Assembly: GCA_040377305.1 (NCBI GenBank)
Contig: JBEIPA010000025.1
Coordinates: 12,290-76,289, forward strand
Origin: Flavobacteriales bacterium
GTDB lineage: Bacteria > Bacteroidota > Bacteroidia > Palsa-965
Direction: 5' to 3'
Length of the DNA stretch: 64,000 nucleotides
Positions 1 to 9,423 of the stretch are shown here, piece by piece. How positions within the stretch are numbered: position 1 is the first letter of the stretch; each line of letters starts with the position of its first letter. The translations under genes were made by a program, and so were the position numbers. Below the pieces are notes generated by a model that was not told the DNA's origin, searched no databases, and worked only from the letters and a program-made list of their open reading frames with translations.

Positions 1-151
1 TGCGATCTCCGTTGGATGCTGCACTTATGGCCGCAGTGATCGTTGCATAACAACCGTTGTTCCCGTTTTCATTTACGCAATAGTCTGTCGCATTTGCCTG
101 AGTAATGCAAAGCGCAACCGCAGCGAAGGCGGTCAGTAGTTTTGTTTTCAT
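1..151 (-). CDS. Secreted protein, N-terminal part only (runs off the left edge); possible beta-helix/pectin-lyase-like start
   Basis: Manual translation from ATG at 151: MKTKLLTAFAAVALCITQANATDYCVNENGNNGCYATITAAISAASNGDR; signal peptide followed by a YaTIxAAIxAAxxGD motif typical of beta-helix proteins. Confidence 0.65.
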   Translation of the reverse strand, partial: MKTKLLTAFAAVALCITQANATDYCVNENGNNGCYATITAAISAASNGDR

Positions 152-203
152 GTGTAGGTAGGTTTTAGGTGCCGCAAATGTTGAAATTCAACGGTTTGAA
201 GGC

Positions 204-231
204 AATCACCCTTTAGTAGTAATTTGTGGTA
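204..231 (-). promoter_or_regulatory. Putative transcription-factor site, copy 1 (AATCACCCTTTAGTAGTAATTT)
   Basis: Near-identical to 808-836; about 24 bp from a -7-like box (AACATTTG, minus strand 175-182). Confidence 0.6.
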
Positions 232-251
232 AGCCACAACTGTCCTAAAAC

Positions 252-287
252 AAAACGCAGCCACCATGGGAATGGCAGCTGCGCTTT
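252..287 (-). terminator. Intrinsic terminator of the 301..750 gene
   Basis: Stem GCAGC...GCTGC flanked by A/T runs just after the stop codon. Confidence 0.55.
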
Positions 288-300
288 AAATTCAGGTTAT

Positions 301-750
301 CTACTTCGTCTGAATGAAGAACGAATAATTCAGCGGACAATCGAAACAGGACTTATAATCGTCGCGCTTCTTGTCGGTCTTTTTACACCCTTGCTGAATG
401 AAACTTACGGTTGTTGTTTCTCCCGGTTTACATTTGAATTTCTCGTCTGCGCCTATGTCAGACTTTACCAGTTTGTCGTAATAGATAAAGTGCATCCGTC
501 CATCGAGCTTGGTTGTGCCGGTATTCTTGATTTCAAATACGTAATACACGGCAATGCCTTTCCGCTTTGTGACCGTATAACGGTATTCCCAAGTGTACAG
601 TGTTCCATCATCTCCTTTCGCGGTATCCGGAATCCAGTTGGTCCATGCACCGAAAGTTGCTGTTGAGTCGAGGTGATTAGATTGTTGTGCATTCAGTTTG
701 CCACAAACAAGTACAGTAAGCAGCGTGAGTAGTGTAATTACTTTTTTCAT
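301..750 (-). CDS. Secreted hypothetical protein
   Basis: 149-aa ORF with signal peptide MKKVITLLTLLTVLVCGKLNA; beta-rich mature part. Confidence 0.75.
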   Translation of the reverse strand: MKKVITLLTLLTVLVCGKLNAQQSNHLDSTATFGAWTNWIPDTAKGDDGTLYTWEYRYTVTKRKGIAVYYVFEIKNTGTTKLDGRMHFIYYDKLVKSDIGADEKFKCKPGETTTVSFIQQGCKKTDKKRDDYKSCFDCPLNYSFFIQTK

Positions 751-807
751 AAGGTAGATTGGTAGGTAGGTTTATGCAACAAAACTCGGAACTGCGCCTA
801 ACGCTTG

Positions 808-836
808 AATCACCCTTTAGTAGTAATTTTGTGGTA
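808..836 (-). promoter_or_regulatory. Putative transcription-factor site, copy 2, overlapping the plus-strand -7 box TAATTTTG (824-831)
   Basis: AATCACCCTTTAGTAGTAATTT identical to copy 1; lies in a divergent promoter region. Confidence 0.6.
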
Positions 837-1243
837 TGGCAATGAAGCATAGAACAGCAATACAAATCCGGTTTAAGGATATTGATGCACTCGGACACGT
901 TAACAACGCGAATCATGTGACTTATTTCGAGTATGCCCGCATCCGCTTTTTCGACGACCTGATCGGCGGAGAAATCGATTGGGAAACGGAAGGAATGATA
1001 CTCGCACATCAGCAGGTGCATTATAAGAAACCGATCTATCTGAAAGATGAAATAAGCGTTCTCACCTGGTTTATGAAATCAGGAACAACCAGTTTCGAAT
1101 TGGGCTACGAAATTGTTCGTACAGAGAAGGACGGTTCAGAGACTATATGCGCAACGGGAAGTTCTGTGCAGGTTTGCTTTAATTACAAAACGCAGAAGCC
1201 GGTACCTATTCCGGAACATTGGCGCACGAAAATGATCGGATAA
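836..1243 (+). CDS. Acyl-CoA thioesterase, 4HBT/YbgC hot-dog family
   Basis: RFKDIDALGHVNNANHVTYFEYAR signature. Confidence 0.9.
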   Translation: MAMKHRTAIQIRFKDIDALGHVNNANHVTYFEYARIRFFDDLIGGEIDWETEGMILAHQQVHYKKPIYLKDEISVLTWFMKSGTTSFELGYEIVRTEKDGSETICATGSSVQVCFNYKTQKPVPIPEHWRTKMIG

Positions 1244-1447
1244 CTTTTCCAAAGTTGGGGACGCTTTCGAAGGGAAGCAGGGTAATACCGTGGTCCAATT
1301 AACACTCTCGCCAAACTTTGGAAAAGTTTATCGGTTGGCGCAGAGATGATCAGATAACTTTTCCAAAGTTGAGGACGTCTTCGAACAGAAGTAGGTTAAT
1401 ACCGTCGTCTAATTAACACTCTCGCCAAACTTTGGAAAAGTTTATCG
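1233..1447. repeat. Two tandem copies of a ~100-bp MITE/REP-like element with terminal inverted repeats
   Basis: GATAACTTTTCCAAAGTT...AACTTTGGAAAAGTTTATC occurs twice, about 113 bp apart, with similar internal sequence. Confidence 0.85.
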
Positions 1448-1765
1448 CAGGAGTTGTGCTTCATTCAGACGCATCTGATATTCCGCCTCCGACATCTGAT
1501 TTTTTACATACAAACTCGTATGCTGCGCGAGAATTTTTGCGCGTTCGCGTTCGGGCTCCTGAAGCGTGACACCTTGTTTGCAGATATCGCACAGCAAATA
1601 ATGATCATTCTCATACGGAATCACCGGAATGAAAAAGAGCGTGAACCAGGTGCGATAGTGCTTGTAGCGCCAATACGTTTGGTTGTGACAGTTCGGACAA
1701 TTAATAGGAAGTGTTGGTCCGTGATCTTTGTCGGTGCGGTGGCCCCAGCCGAAGAGGATGAACAT
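1442..1765 (-). CDS. Zinc-ribbon domain protein (zinc_ribbon_15-like)
   Basis: FILFGW start, CPNC and CDIC pairs, WFTLFFIPVIP motif. Confidence 0.85.
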   Translation of the reverse strand: MFILFGWGHRTDKDHGPTLPINCPNCHNQTYWRYKHYRTWFTLFFIPVIPYENDHYLLCDICKQGVTLQEPERERAKILAQHTSLYVKNQMSEAEYQMRLNEAQLLR

Positions 1766-1837
1766 GAAAGTTAGTTTATACTAATATCGGCAACTTTCTT
1801 CAACTTCACAACCACGGTTTAATCGACACTTGGAATC

Positions 1838-1865
1838 GATGTGCCGATGTGCCGATGTGCCGATT
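1838..1865 (+). repeat. Octamer short tandem repeat (CGATGTGC)n
   Basis: Three copies seen; reverse-complement tract at 5890-5943. Confidence 0.8.
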
Positions 1866-1877
1866 GCGTTCGGTGCT

Positions 1878-2133
1878 AGCTGCAGAGTGTCATACCGAGT
1901 AGTCGCCATTATCTGCGGAGCAGGTTGGTGAAAATATCGACGTACCGAGGGATGACAACCAAAGCCCGATCAACATCAGGAATCGATTAGTTGATTTTCG
2001 ATTTCCGATTAGTTGATGGTGTTTGTACCAGCTGCAGAGTGTCATACCGAGTAGTCGCCATTATCTGCGGAGCGCGTTGGTGAAAATTTCGACGTACAGC
2101 TCCGAAGGAGTCCCTTTGGGAAGGATGGCAACT
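1878..2133. repeat. 68-bp direct repeat (1878-1945 and 2030-2097) of a structured REP-like element
   Basis: 65/68 identical by manual comparison; outer TGTCAT...ATGACA stem; second copy carries a small inserted hairpin. Confidence 0.85.
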
Positions 2134-2137
2134 GCGC

Positions 2138-2779
2138 CTAGAACAAGAAGAAACGTTTCGGATGCAACTTATTCAGCGCCTCAGTACGGCTTTGCACATG
2201 CAACTTGATGTAGATATTCCGGATGTGTGTACGAACAGTTTCCACCGATAAGAAAATTTTCTCCGCGATTTCTTTGTAACGCAAACCCTGATCGAGCAAC
2301 AAGAGAATTTCACGCTCACGAGCAGTCAACGCGTCAAGCTCTGCAGATTCTTTCGGTCCGCTGAAAGCACCAACTACTTTACGGGCGATTGTTGCACTCA
2401 TTGGCGATCCACCTGCATTGATATCACGGATGGCCGTGATGATCGCTTCCGGAGATGAACTCTTGACGATATATCCCGTTGCTCCGCTCTTCAGACATTC
2501 GAATATTTTTTCTTCGTCGTCGAATACGGTACACATCAGAAAGTTTGATGAACCCGAAAGCTTCTTCGCTTCAGGAAGGAAATCCATTCCCGATTTCCCC
2601 GGCAAGCCAATGTCGAGCAGTACTACATTCGGCAATAGTTCCGGCAATTTCACCGCAAACGATTCTACACTGTCAAATGCTCCAACTAGTGTGAAGTCTT
2701 CTGTTGACGAAACGATCTGCTGAAGAAACTGTGAAATTTCTTTGTCGTCTTCTACAATGGCTACGGTGATCTTGTTCAT
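2138..2779 (-). CDS. NarL/FixJ (LuxR-HTH) response regulator
   Basis: REC domain (IVEDD, LLDIGLPG, GYIVK) plus LTAREREIL...YKEIAEKIFLSVETVRTHIRNIYIKL; start trimmed to MNKITV after a TAAATTTA box. Confidence 0.93.
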   Translation of the reverse strand: MNKITVAIVEDDKEISQFLQQIVSSTEDFTLVGAFDSVESFAVKLPELLPNVVLLDIGLPGKSGMDFLPEAKKLSGSSNFLMCTVFDDEEKIFECLKSGATGYIVKSSSPEAIITAIRDINAGGSPMSATIARKVVGAFSGPKESAELDALTAREREILLLLDQGLRYKEIAEKIFLSVETVRTHIRNIYIKLHVQSRTEALNKLHPKRFFLF

Positions 2780-2857
2780 GGTGGTAAATTTAGACGAGGA
2801 AACTTCAAATCTCAAGCCCAAAGTGAAGTATTTCGAGCGAATACTACTTTAATACTA

Positions 2858-5854
2858 CTACTCTTTGGCAATAACCGGGCACGTTACTTCGACACTTGTC
2901 CCTTTGCCGCTTTCCGAAGTGAATTTCACCGTTCCCCCACTCGCTTCAGCACGCTGACGAATATTGCGCAGACCATTCGAGTTCACCTTATCGTTCGCGT
3001 TCGGATCAAATCCGCTGCCGTTGTCGGAAATTTTCATCGTGAACTTTTCATCGCGCCAACGAATCTCCAGGCTCAGTTCGGTACAACCGGAATACTTCAC
3101 CGCATTCGAAATTGACTCTTTCAGGATGAGCAAAAGATTTCGCCGCGTTTCCGGATTAACTTCCTGCGCTGGAAGATTTTCATCAGCAGAATACTTAAAT
3201 CGTAAATCAGCATTTTCAGCAACACCTGCTACGTACGAACGAAAGTACGCCGACATGTGATCCAGACTGTCGTAATGCGGATTCACTGACCACACCACTT
3301 CTTTCATGCTCTGTGAAAGTTCGCGTGCAGTACCGGCAATCCATTTCAGTTTCTCCTGTTGCTGAAGATCTTCCGAAGATTTATGCGCCATCAATTCTCC
3401 ACTCAATGCAATTCGGGTGAGTCCTGCTCCTATATCATCGTGAATGTCGCGTGAGATTCTAGCACGTACTTTATCGAGTTCCTGCTGCATTTTCAGTTTG
3501 CGAAGTTTGCGCTGATAATTCATTCGCATGATGATGAACAAGACGAGTGTAATAATCAGTACGGCGCCGAGACTGGTAATCGCGATGAACCAACCCGACA
3601 TCCAGAAAGGTGGCACAACTTTTATCGTCAGCAACTTCGTGATTTCTGTTCGCTCGCACCCGGGAACATGCGTTGAACACAGGAATGAATAAAAACCGGA
3701 ACCCAGAGCTGCGTAATTCACTTTGCGCAAACCAAGCTCCCAGAGTTCTTCATCTCCCGATCCATCGAGCTTGTAATAAAACATGACACGTTCCGGAAAT
3801 GCAAAGTCCGTTTGCCAGATCATGAGCTCAATAGAACCTGAACCGTAATCACGCACGATCGATTCACGGATTACACCGCGTGCTTCTTCATTTGGACCAT
3901 ACGAAGCGAGCAGAATGGATTTGCGGTAACAATTCGTGGAAAGCTTCGGTTGCCAGCGTACAAATCCACTCGTTGTGGCAATGTAGAAATACGAACTCGC
4001 ATAATACAATCCACCGGAGTTACATTCTGCTGAAGGCAATCCGTCTGCACTACTGTAAGATTGAAACGTAAATTTTTCAAAATCGAAAACACTAACGCCA
4101 TTACCGGTTGCGAGCAAAACTTCCCGATCTGAAAACCGGATTGCGTCATAGACAACATTGTCGGGCAATCCATCTGCTGTTGTAAATTGTTGTGTAACGT
4201 GAAAGTTGGCGTCGAGTTTAAACAATCCGGATTCAAGTCCTAACCAAATTGAATCGCGATGATCCTGAAAGATTGCACGAACATTTGCTGTTTGCGGAAC
4301 ACCTACTTCCGTTTCATAATTGTAGTGGCGAATAATATTCAGGTTCTGGTCGTACAACGTCAGGCCTTTGAACAGTGTTGCAATTAATATTTTTCCATCT
4401 TTCAGGGTTTGAGCACAAGTCACCACGCCGTCAAAACCAACATCATCAGACAACGCAGGCTGAATACCATCTAAGAATTCTTTGATTCCAAAATTTCCGT
4501 AGATGTAGGTTTTGCTGCCGGTAGTGAACGCGCCTATGTAACGATACCCAGAGCCATTCTGTACCACTGATGCTTTCCAGTTCAATGTGTCAAGCAACAA
4601 ACAGTTTTGGTCGGTTCCGACTAACAGTCTTCCGTTACCTGCGTCCGCAAAACACAACGCATTCACTCCATTGAACAATGGGTCAGTGGAAACCGTTGTG
4701 ATCGTGTTCGCAATGTGATCAACCAGTTTAATTCCATGCTGATAAGTTGCAACGAGATAACGATCCTTCGACAATTCATAGAAGCAACGTGTGAACCAGG
4801 TACACGTGTCGGTTACAAGCCCATCGTTATACTTTCCATGAAATTCGATACGGTTATGGAGCAACTTCACAACACCAGCTCCATCAGTCGCGCACCACAC
4901 GACACCATATTCATCGCAAACTACAAACGCAACAGCCAACAATAACTTACCGGCATAGGTTCCATCCTGCTGCCATAAGCAGGGACGCAACTCATGTTTT
5001 TGAGAATCGTAGCGAAACACTCCTTGTCCGAAAACAGAAAGCCACCAACTTCCATCCGGATGTATATCCATGCTGGTGAAATCAAAAGTTGTGTCGGCAT
5101 ACGTGCGGTCTCCCAGCGAGTAACGCATGAATTTTTTCTTCTCGATATCGTATTGCCACAAACCGTTTCTGCTAAGTATCAGAAATGAAGTTGATCTACC
5201 TGGTAATTCATGAAATGCTCGTAGCTGAGTCACGGGCAACTCCTTCGGCAGCGGTATAAAATCTGTTTTCCCGGAAGCAACGTCGTGTATGACCAAACGC
5301 CCAAGCGAATCGGGAACAACGATCGTGCGTTTATCAAACAATGCTGCACAACACGTGGAATAACCTGTACTGGTTAACTGTGTCGTTTTCCCATCCTGTA
5401 TGCGCACCCGGAAAAGCCCTCGTCCCGAACAGGCAAGCCATAACGCGGTGTCATTCGCAATCAACGGAGTTTCGGCACAACCAAGCGCTTTCACAACGTC
5501 GAAGCTTCTAAGGGGTTTTGTACTGAAACGATCATACTGATAACACACCGTTTCCGTTCCCACCCAAACTGTTTTCTGATCGGAGGATGCAACTATGCCA
5601 CGAATAGCCGTGTTAATTGCGGGCATTTCCTTCTCCGTACTGGCTTGCGGCTGCTCAAATTCCCAACCATTGAAGAGTCCCAATCCACGCCCTGTGCCAC
5701 ACCATAGATAACCTTCATTATCGCGATACAAAGCAGTAACTGTAGTTTGCGGCAAGCCCTTGTCGACAGACAGCGATGTGATCAACTGTTGCGCGTCAAG
5801 CGAAAACGAAACGAGAAAAAAAAGAAAGAAAAAGAGCCGCGATGAATAATTCAT
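2858..5854 (-). CDS. Sensor histidine kinase with periplasmic beta-propeller (Reg_prop, Y_Y_Y) and HisKA_3/HATPase domains
   Basis: Signal peptide, GLPxxxV propeller repeats, PPFWMSGWF TM segment, RARISRDIHDDIGAGL, KESISNAVKY, DNGSGF, GLRNIRQRA. Confidence 0.93.
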   Translation of the reverse strand: MNYSSRLFFFLFFLVSFSLDAQQLITSLSVDKGLPQTTVTALYRDNEGYLWCGTGRGLGLFNGWEFEQPQASTEKEMPAINTAIRGIVASSDQKTVWVGTETVCYQYDRFSTKPLRSFDVVKALGCAETPLIANDTALWLACSGRGLFRVRIQDGKTTQLTSTGYSTCCAALFDKRTIVVPDSLGRLVIHDVASGKTDFIPLPKELPVTQLRAFHELPGRSTSFLILSRNGLWQYDIEKKKFMRYSLGDRTYADTTFDFTSMDIHPDGSWWLSVFGQGVFRYDSQKHELRPCLWQQDGTYAGKLLLAVAFVVCDEYGVVWCATDGAGVVKLLHNRIEFHGKYNDGLVTDTCTWFTRCFYELSKDRYLVATYQHGIKLVDHIANTITTVSTDPLFNGVNALCFADAGNGRLLVGTDQNCLLLDTLNWKASVVQNGSGYRYIGAFTTGSKTYIYGNFGIKEFLDGIQPALSDDVGFDGVVTCAQTLKDGKILIATLFKGLTLYDQNLNIIRHYNYETEVGVPQTANVRAIFQDHRDSIWLGLESGLFKLDANFHVTQQFTTADGLPDNVVYDAIRFSDREVLLATGNGVSVFDFEKFTFQSYSSADGLPSAECNSGGLYYASSYFYIATTSGFVRWQPKLSTNCYRKSILLASYGPNEEARGVIRESIVRDYGSGSIELMIWQTDFAFPERVMFYYKLDGSGDEELWELGLRKVNYAALGSGFYSFLCSTHVPGCERTEITKLLTIKVVPPFWMSGWFIAITSLGAVLIITLVLFIIMRMNYQRKLRKLKMQQELDKVRARISRDIHDDIGAGLTRIALSGELMAHKSSEDLQQQEKLKWIAGTARELSQSMKEVVWSVNPHYDSLDHMSAYFRSYVAGVAENADLRFKYSADENLPAQEVNPETRRNLLLILKESISNAVKYSGCTELSLEIRWRDEKFTMKISDNGSGFDPNANDKVNSNGLRNIRQRAEASGGTVKFTSESGKGTSVEVTCPVIAKE

Positions 5855-5889
5855 TAAAATAAATTCAACGTTATCAACTGAACATCACA

Positions 5890-5943
5890 TCATCGGCATA
5901 TCATCATATCGGCACATTGGCATATCGGCACATTGGCACATCG
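5890..5943 (-). repeat. Degenerate octamer tandem repeat (GGCACATC-like)
   Basis: catcggcata/atcggcacat/tggcatatc/ggcacattggcacatcg; reverse complement of the 1838-1865 unit. Confidence 0.7.
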
Positions 5944-6390
5944 TCACTGCGGATCATCCGTTCGCACCCAAATATCGGTGCGACCTAACAATGAAATTCC
6001 GATATAACCGCGAAGCTCCATTGTGTTTTTGTCTTTGAGGGAACACGTGAGGCTGTATGAATTCCCTGACTTCGGATCGTAGATTTCTCCGTTGTCCCAT
6101 TCCTGATCATCTTCTTCCCACTCCAGATTTTTGAGAATCAGCAAACCCTGAATTGGTTTCTTCTGCTGTGCAACGTCGGGATTGTTTTTATCCAGTTTCG
6201 GTTTATTTGTAACGGTATCGATTGGATTTTTCAACCAGTGAATCTGACCGAAATATTTTCCATACGAAGTATAGATTTTGATTTTCGCATCCTTGTCCTT
6301 GTTCCACCATATTCCGCAGATGTCGTTTCCTACCCATTGCACGGAAGCAACGGTTACAAAAAAGAAGAATCCAATAATAAACTTGGTCAT
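5944..6390 (-). CDS. DUF2147 domain protein
   Basis: GIW, LDKNNPD, W.NG.IYDPKSG.SY, RGYIGISLLGRT.W motifs. Confidence 0.9.
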   Translation of the reverse strand: MTKFIIGFFFFVTVASVQWVGNDICGIWWNKDKDAKIKIYTSYGKYFGQIHWLKNPIDTVTNKPKLDKNNPDVAQQKKPIQGLLILKNLEWEEDDQEWDNGEIYDPKSGNSYSLTCSLKDKNTMELRGYIGISLLGRTDIWVRTDDPQ

Positions 6391-6396
6391 GGCTTT

Positions 6397-7503
6397 TTAT
6401 TTTGAAAGGGTTTGTAAAACTCGTCGTTGCCTGATCCGCTCAATAGGATCAACCACAAACTTCCATAAAAATACGGCAAAAATTACCGATCCTGCAACAG
6501 TGCAGATACCGAACCATTTCATGTCGTCTGTATGCGTCCAGAAGTACCTTTTTGCGATCATCATGATGAGGTGATGACCAATGTAAACCGGGAATGACAG
6601 CTCGCCGATCCAACGATCCCATTTCATGTTTTTTGTGTGTATGAACACGAACGGAATGCAAGCAAAGACAATGGCGTAGAAAATCCAGCGGAAAGAAGTT
6701 TCTTCCATGAATTTCATGTGCGGATAATAAAAGATCAGTACCGGCACTATGATCCAGATTGCATACATCATTCCGCGTGGAAAATTCCGCTCTTTGATGC
6801 GGGCGTAAATCTGATACGCCAGACTTCCTGCCATGAACAGTGCAATCTCAAACGGGAAGAACCGATAATTCCACGGATCCCAACTCCAGAAATGTTCGGT
6901 GTACACGTGATAGCGATACCACAGGCTCGCAACTACTATCAACAACTGCAGCCACCATCCTCTGCGAACGAGAAATGGTGCGATGAGATAAAAACACAAT
7001 TCCAATCCAAGCGTCCATATCTGCGGAACGAATAATGTGCTTGACGACATGGGTTTGTAATCAAGTCCGTTTTTCGCAAGATGAAAATGTCCTGTTGCGC
7101 GGTCAACGCCGGTGAAGAAGAGTAAATCGCTTCCGAAGATGAACAGGTTTGCGATGATCGCGAGTGCGAAGAATGTCCACGGCGTGTTTTCCGGTTGTGC
7201 CATCCATCCGTAGAGATAAAATGGTTGGTCCCACACGAGATAACCCACAACCGAAGTTGCAATCGCGAGCAGTAACACCACCCAATAGACCGGATACAAA
7301 CGCAAAAACCGATTTGTGATGAAAAGCTTCCACGAACCTTTTTTGTTGGTGTACTTTTCATTCAGGATGAGCGCCATGTAAAATCCGGAAATGATGTAGA
7401 AGGCCTGAACGGCTACGATACCACCGGTCATCTTCTCTCCGAATATCGTGTACGAATGATACACGACTACGGCAATTGCGAGTAAAAATCTAATTATACC
7501 CAC
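6397..7503 (-). CDS. Membrane acyltransferase (Acyl_transf_3/OafA family)
   Basis: RFLLAIAVVVYH, FYIISGFYM, RFLRLYP, WTLGLE, GELSFPVYIGH; many TM helices. Confidence 0.9.
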   Translation of the reverse strand: MGIIRFLLAIAVVVYHSYTIFGEKMTGGIVAVQAFYIISGFYMALILNEKYTNKKGSWKLFITNRFLRLYPVYWVVLLLAIATSVVGYLVWDQPFYLYGWMAQPENTPWTFFALAIIANLFIFGSDLLFFTGVDRATGHFHLAKNGLDYKPMSSSTLFVPQIWTLGLELCFYLIAPFLVRRGWWLQLLIVVASLWYRYHVYTEHFWSWDPWNYRFFPFEIALFMAGSLAYQIYARIKERNFPRGMMYAIWIIVPVLIFYYPHMKFMEETSFRWIFYAIVFACIPFVFIHTKNMKWDRWIGELSFPVYIGHHLIMMIAKRYFWTHTDDMKWFGICTVAGSVIFAVFLWKFVVDPIERIRQRRVLQTLSK

Positions 7504-7554
7504 TAGACGCTTCTTTTTTCCTGCCGCAGATTCGCAGATTTCGCTGATTAAATA

Positions 7555-8139
7555 TTAGCCGTGGATAGTCTCACTTTTACCATAGCGGGTAATCACTTCC
7601 GCTTCGTATGCGAGAAAATCATTCCAGCGCTTATCGACATCGACACCTTGTCCATACTTGCGAGCGAAACCTATGAACGTGGTGTAGTGATTTGCTTCAC
7701 TGATCATCAGTTCGCGATAAAAGTTCGAAAGGAATTCGTCTTTGATATTTTCGGAGAGTACACGGAATCGTTCGCAACTGCGCGCTTCAATCATTGCAGC
7801 CAGGAGTAAACGATCAACGAAACTCTCTTCACGTCGGCGATCCGGAATCTGTGTAAACTTGCGCAGCTCATTCACGTAGCTATCTTTTCGTTCCCTGCCT
7901 AGAATACCTCCACGTGAAATGATGATATCATGCACCATTTTAAAGTGAGATATTTCTTCCTGCACAATAACCGTCATCGCAGTTACGAGATCAGAATACT
8001 CCGGAAAATTCACGATGATGGAAATTGCATTCGATGCAGCCTTCTGTTCGCAGTACGCGTGGTCGGTGAGAATTTCATCGATGTTGCTTTCTACGATGTT
8101 GACCCATCGTGGATCAGTTGTAAGCTTAAGGCCGAGCAT
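7555..8139 (-). CDS. miaE: tRNA ms2i6A hydroxylase MiaE
   Basis: DHAYCEQKAA, EEISHF, IEARSCERF, SEANHY di-iron motifs. Confidence 0.92.
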   Translation of the reverse strand: MLGLKLTTDPRWVNIVESNIDEILTDHAYCEQKAASNAISIIVNFPEYSDLVTAMTVIVQEEISHFKMVHDIIISRGGILGRERKDSYVNELRKFTQIPDRRREESFVDRLLLAAMIEARSCERFRVLSENIKDEFLSNFYRELMISEANHYTTFIGFARKYGQGVDVDKRWNDFLAYEAEVITRYGKSETIHG

Positions 8140-8150
8140 ATTTTGTGGTG

Positions 8151-9422
8151 TTAAAGTTTTGGTAATGACGTGGCTTCATCGCGACGAAGAAAATAACGAA
8201 TGAATGGTCCGCTTGTTAAACTGGTCACAAGCGCCATAATGACCAGCGCGACAAAAATTGGTTTGCCGATTATTCCTGCATTGTATGCAAGTGTTCCGAG
8301 AATAATTTCCATTGCACCGCGCGCATTGAGACCAAATCCTATTGCGAAAGATTTATTGTTGTTGAGTCCGCCTAGTTTTGCGCCTAATGTTGCGCCGGAA
8401 ACCTTTCCTACGTAAGCGAGAACTAATACGATCAGTACAATGGTAACATCGAAGTTCTCAATGAAGTTCACTTTCAGTCCGATTGAAACGAAGAAAAGTG
8501 GTGCGAAGAAATTAGTCACAAACTGGTGAATAATTTCGCGGGCCTGTTCGCGCAAGTGTACGGAATCACCGATTGCAATACCGGCGATGAATGCGCCAAG
8601 TATCGCATGCAAACCAATACTCTCCGTAAATGCAGCGCACACGAGGCATAAACCGAGACACATTGCTAAAACTCCTCCCGGCCATGACAGTTTGTTCTGC
8701 ATCCACGGCAAGGCATAATTAATTAAGCGTCGACCCACAAAGAGCATGAACGCACCAAACGCAACTACATAAGTGATAGTCCAGCCAATCGACATATCGT
8801 TGGTGCCGTGACCGCTCATGGATAGAATTACAGAGAACACCAACCATCCCACCAAATCGTTGAACATGGCAGAGGCAATGATGATCATCCCGATCTGCGT
8901 TTTGAAAATATTCATGTCCATCAAGATGCGCGCAATAACCGGCAACGCAGAAATGGATAAGGCCGTACCTAAGAAGAGTGCGAAAATCAATTTTCCATCA
9001 CCACTTATATCAACCGCGAATAGTTCGGGCAACCACCACGCTACAGCAAATCCGGTGAGGAAAGGAACAAGCATTCCACCGAGCCCGGTGTAAATTGCTG
9101 TTTTCCCTTGCCGGAGCACGAGCGGTAAGTCGACTTCCATGCCTGCAACAAAGAGAAGCATGATTACCGACAAACTAAATATTCCGTCAAGCGCATAAGC
9201 GACCGGTGCATTAGTCGTAAGCGGAAATAGGTAATCGTACGCTTCCGGATAAAGTGTTCCGAGAATTGTTGGACCAAGTGCAATGCCGACCAGCAACTCC
9301 CCCATCACCACAGGCAACTTGAACTGTTTGCCCAGTTCAGCAACAATGCGCGAAAGAATGAGCATTGCACTGATGGCGAGCAACAGTATAATCAAGTCGT
9401 GATGTCCGAGTCTGTACGGCAT
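8151..9422 (-). CDS. Cation:proton antiporter (CPA2/Kef-type)
   Basis: P.VMGELLVGIALGP, LLFVAGME, SALPVIARIL, FNDLVGW, GLNARGAME; start set at MPYRL just after the USP stop. Confidence 0.9.
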   Translation of the reverse strand: MPYRLGHHDLIILLLAISAMLILSRIVAELGKQFKLPVVMGELLVGIALGPTILGTLYPEAYDYLFPLTTNAPVAYALDGIFSLSVIMLLFVAGMEVDLPLVLRQGKTAIYTGLGGMLVPFLTGFAVAWWLPELFAVDISGDGKLIFALFLGTALSISALPVIARILMDMNIFKTQIGMIIIASAMFNDLVGWLVFSVILSMSGHGTNDMSIGWTITYVVAFGAFMLFVGRRLINYALPWMQNKLSWPGGVLAMCLGLCLVCAAFTESIGLHAILGAFIAGIAIGDSVHLREQAREIIHQFVTNFFAPLFFVSIGLKVNFIENFDVTIVLIVLVLAYVGKVSGATLGAKLGGLNNNKSFAIGFGLNARGAMEIILGTLAYNAGIIGKPIFVALVIMALVTSLTSGPFIRYFLRRDEATSLPKL

Positions 9423-9423
9423 A

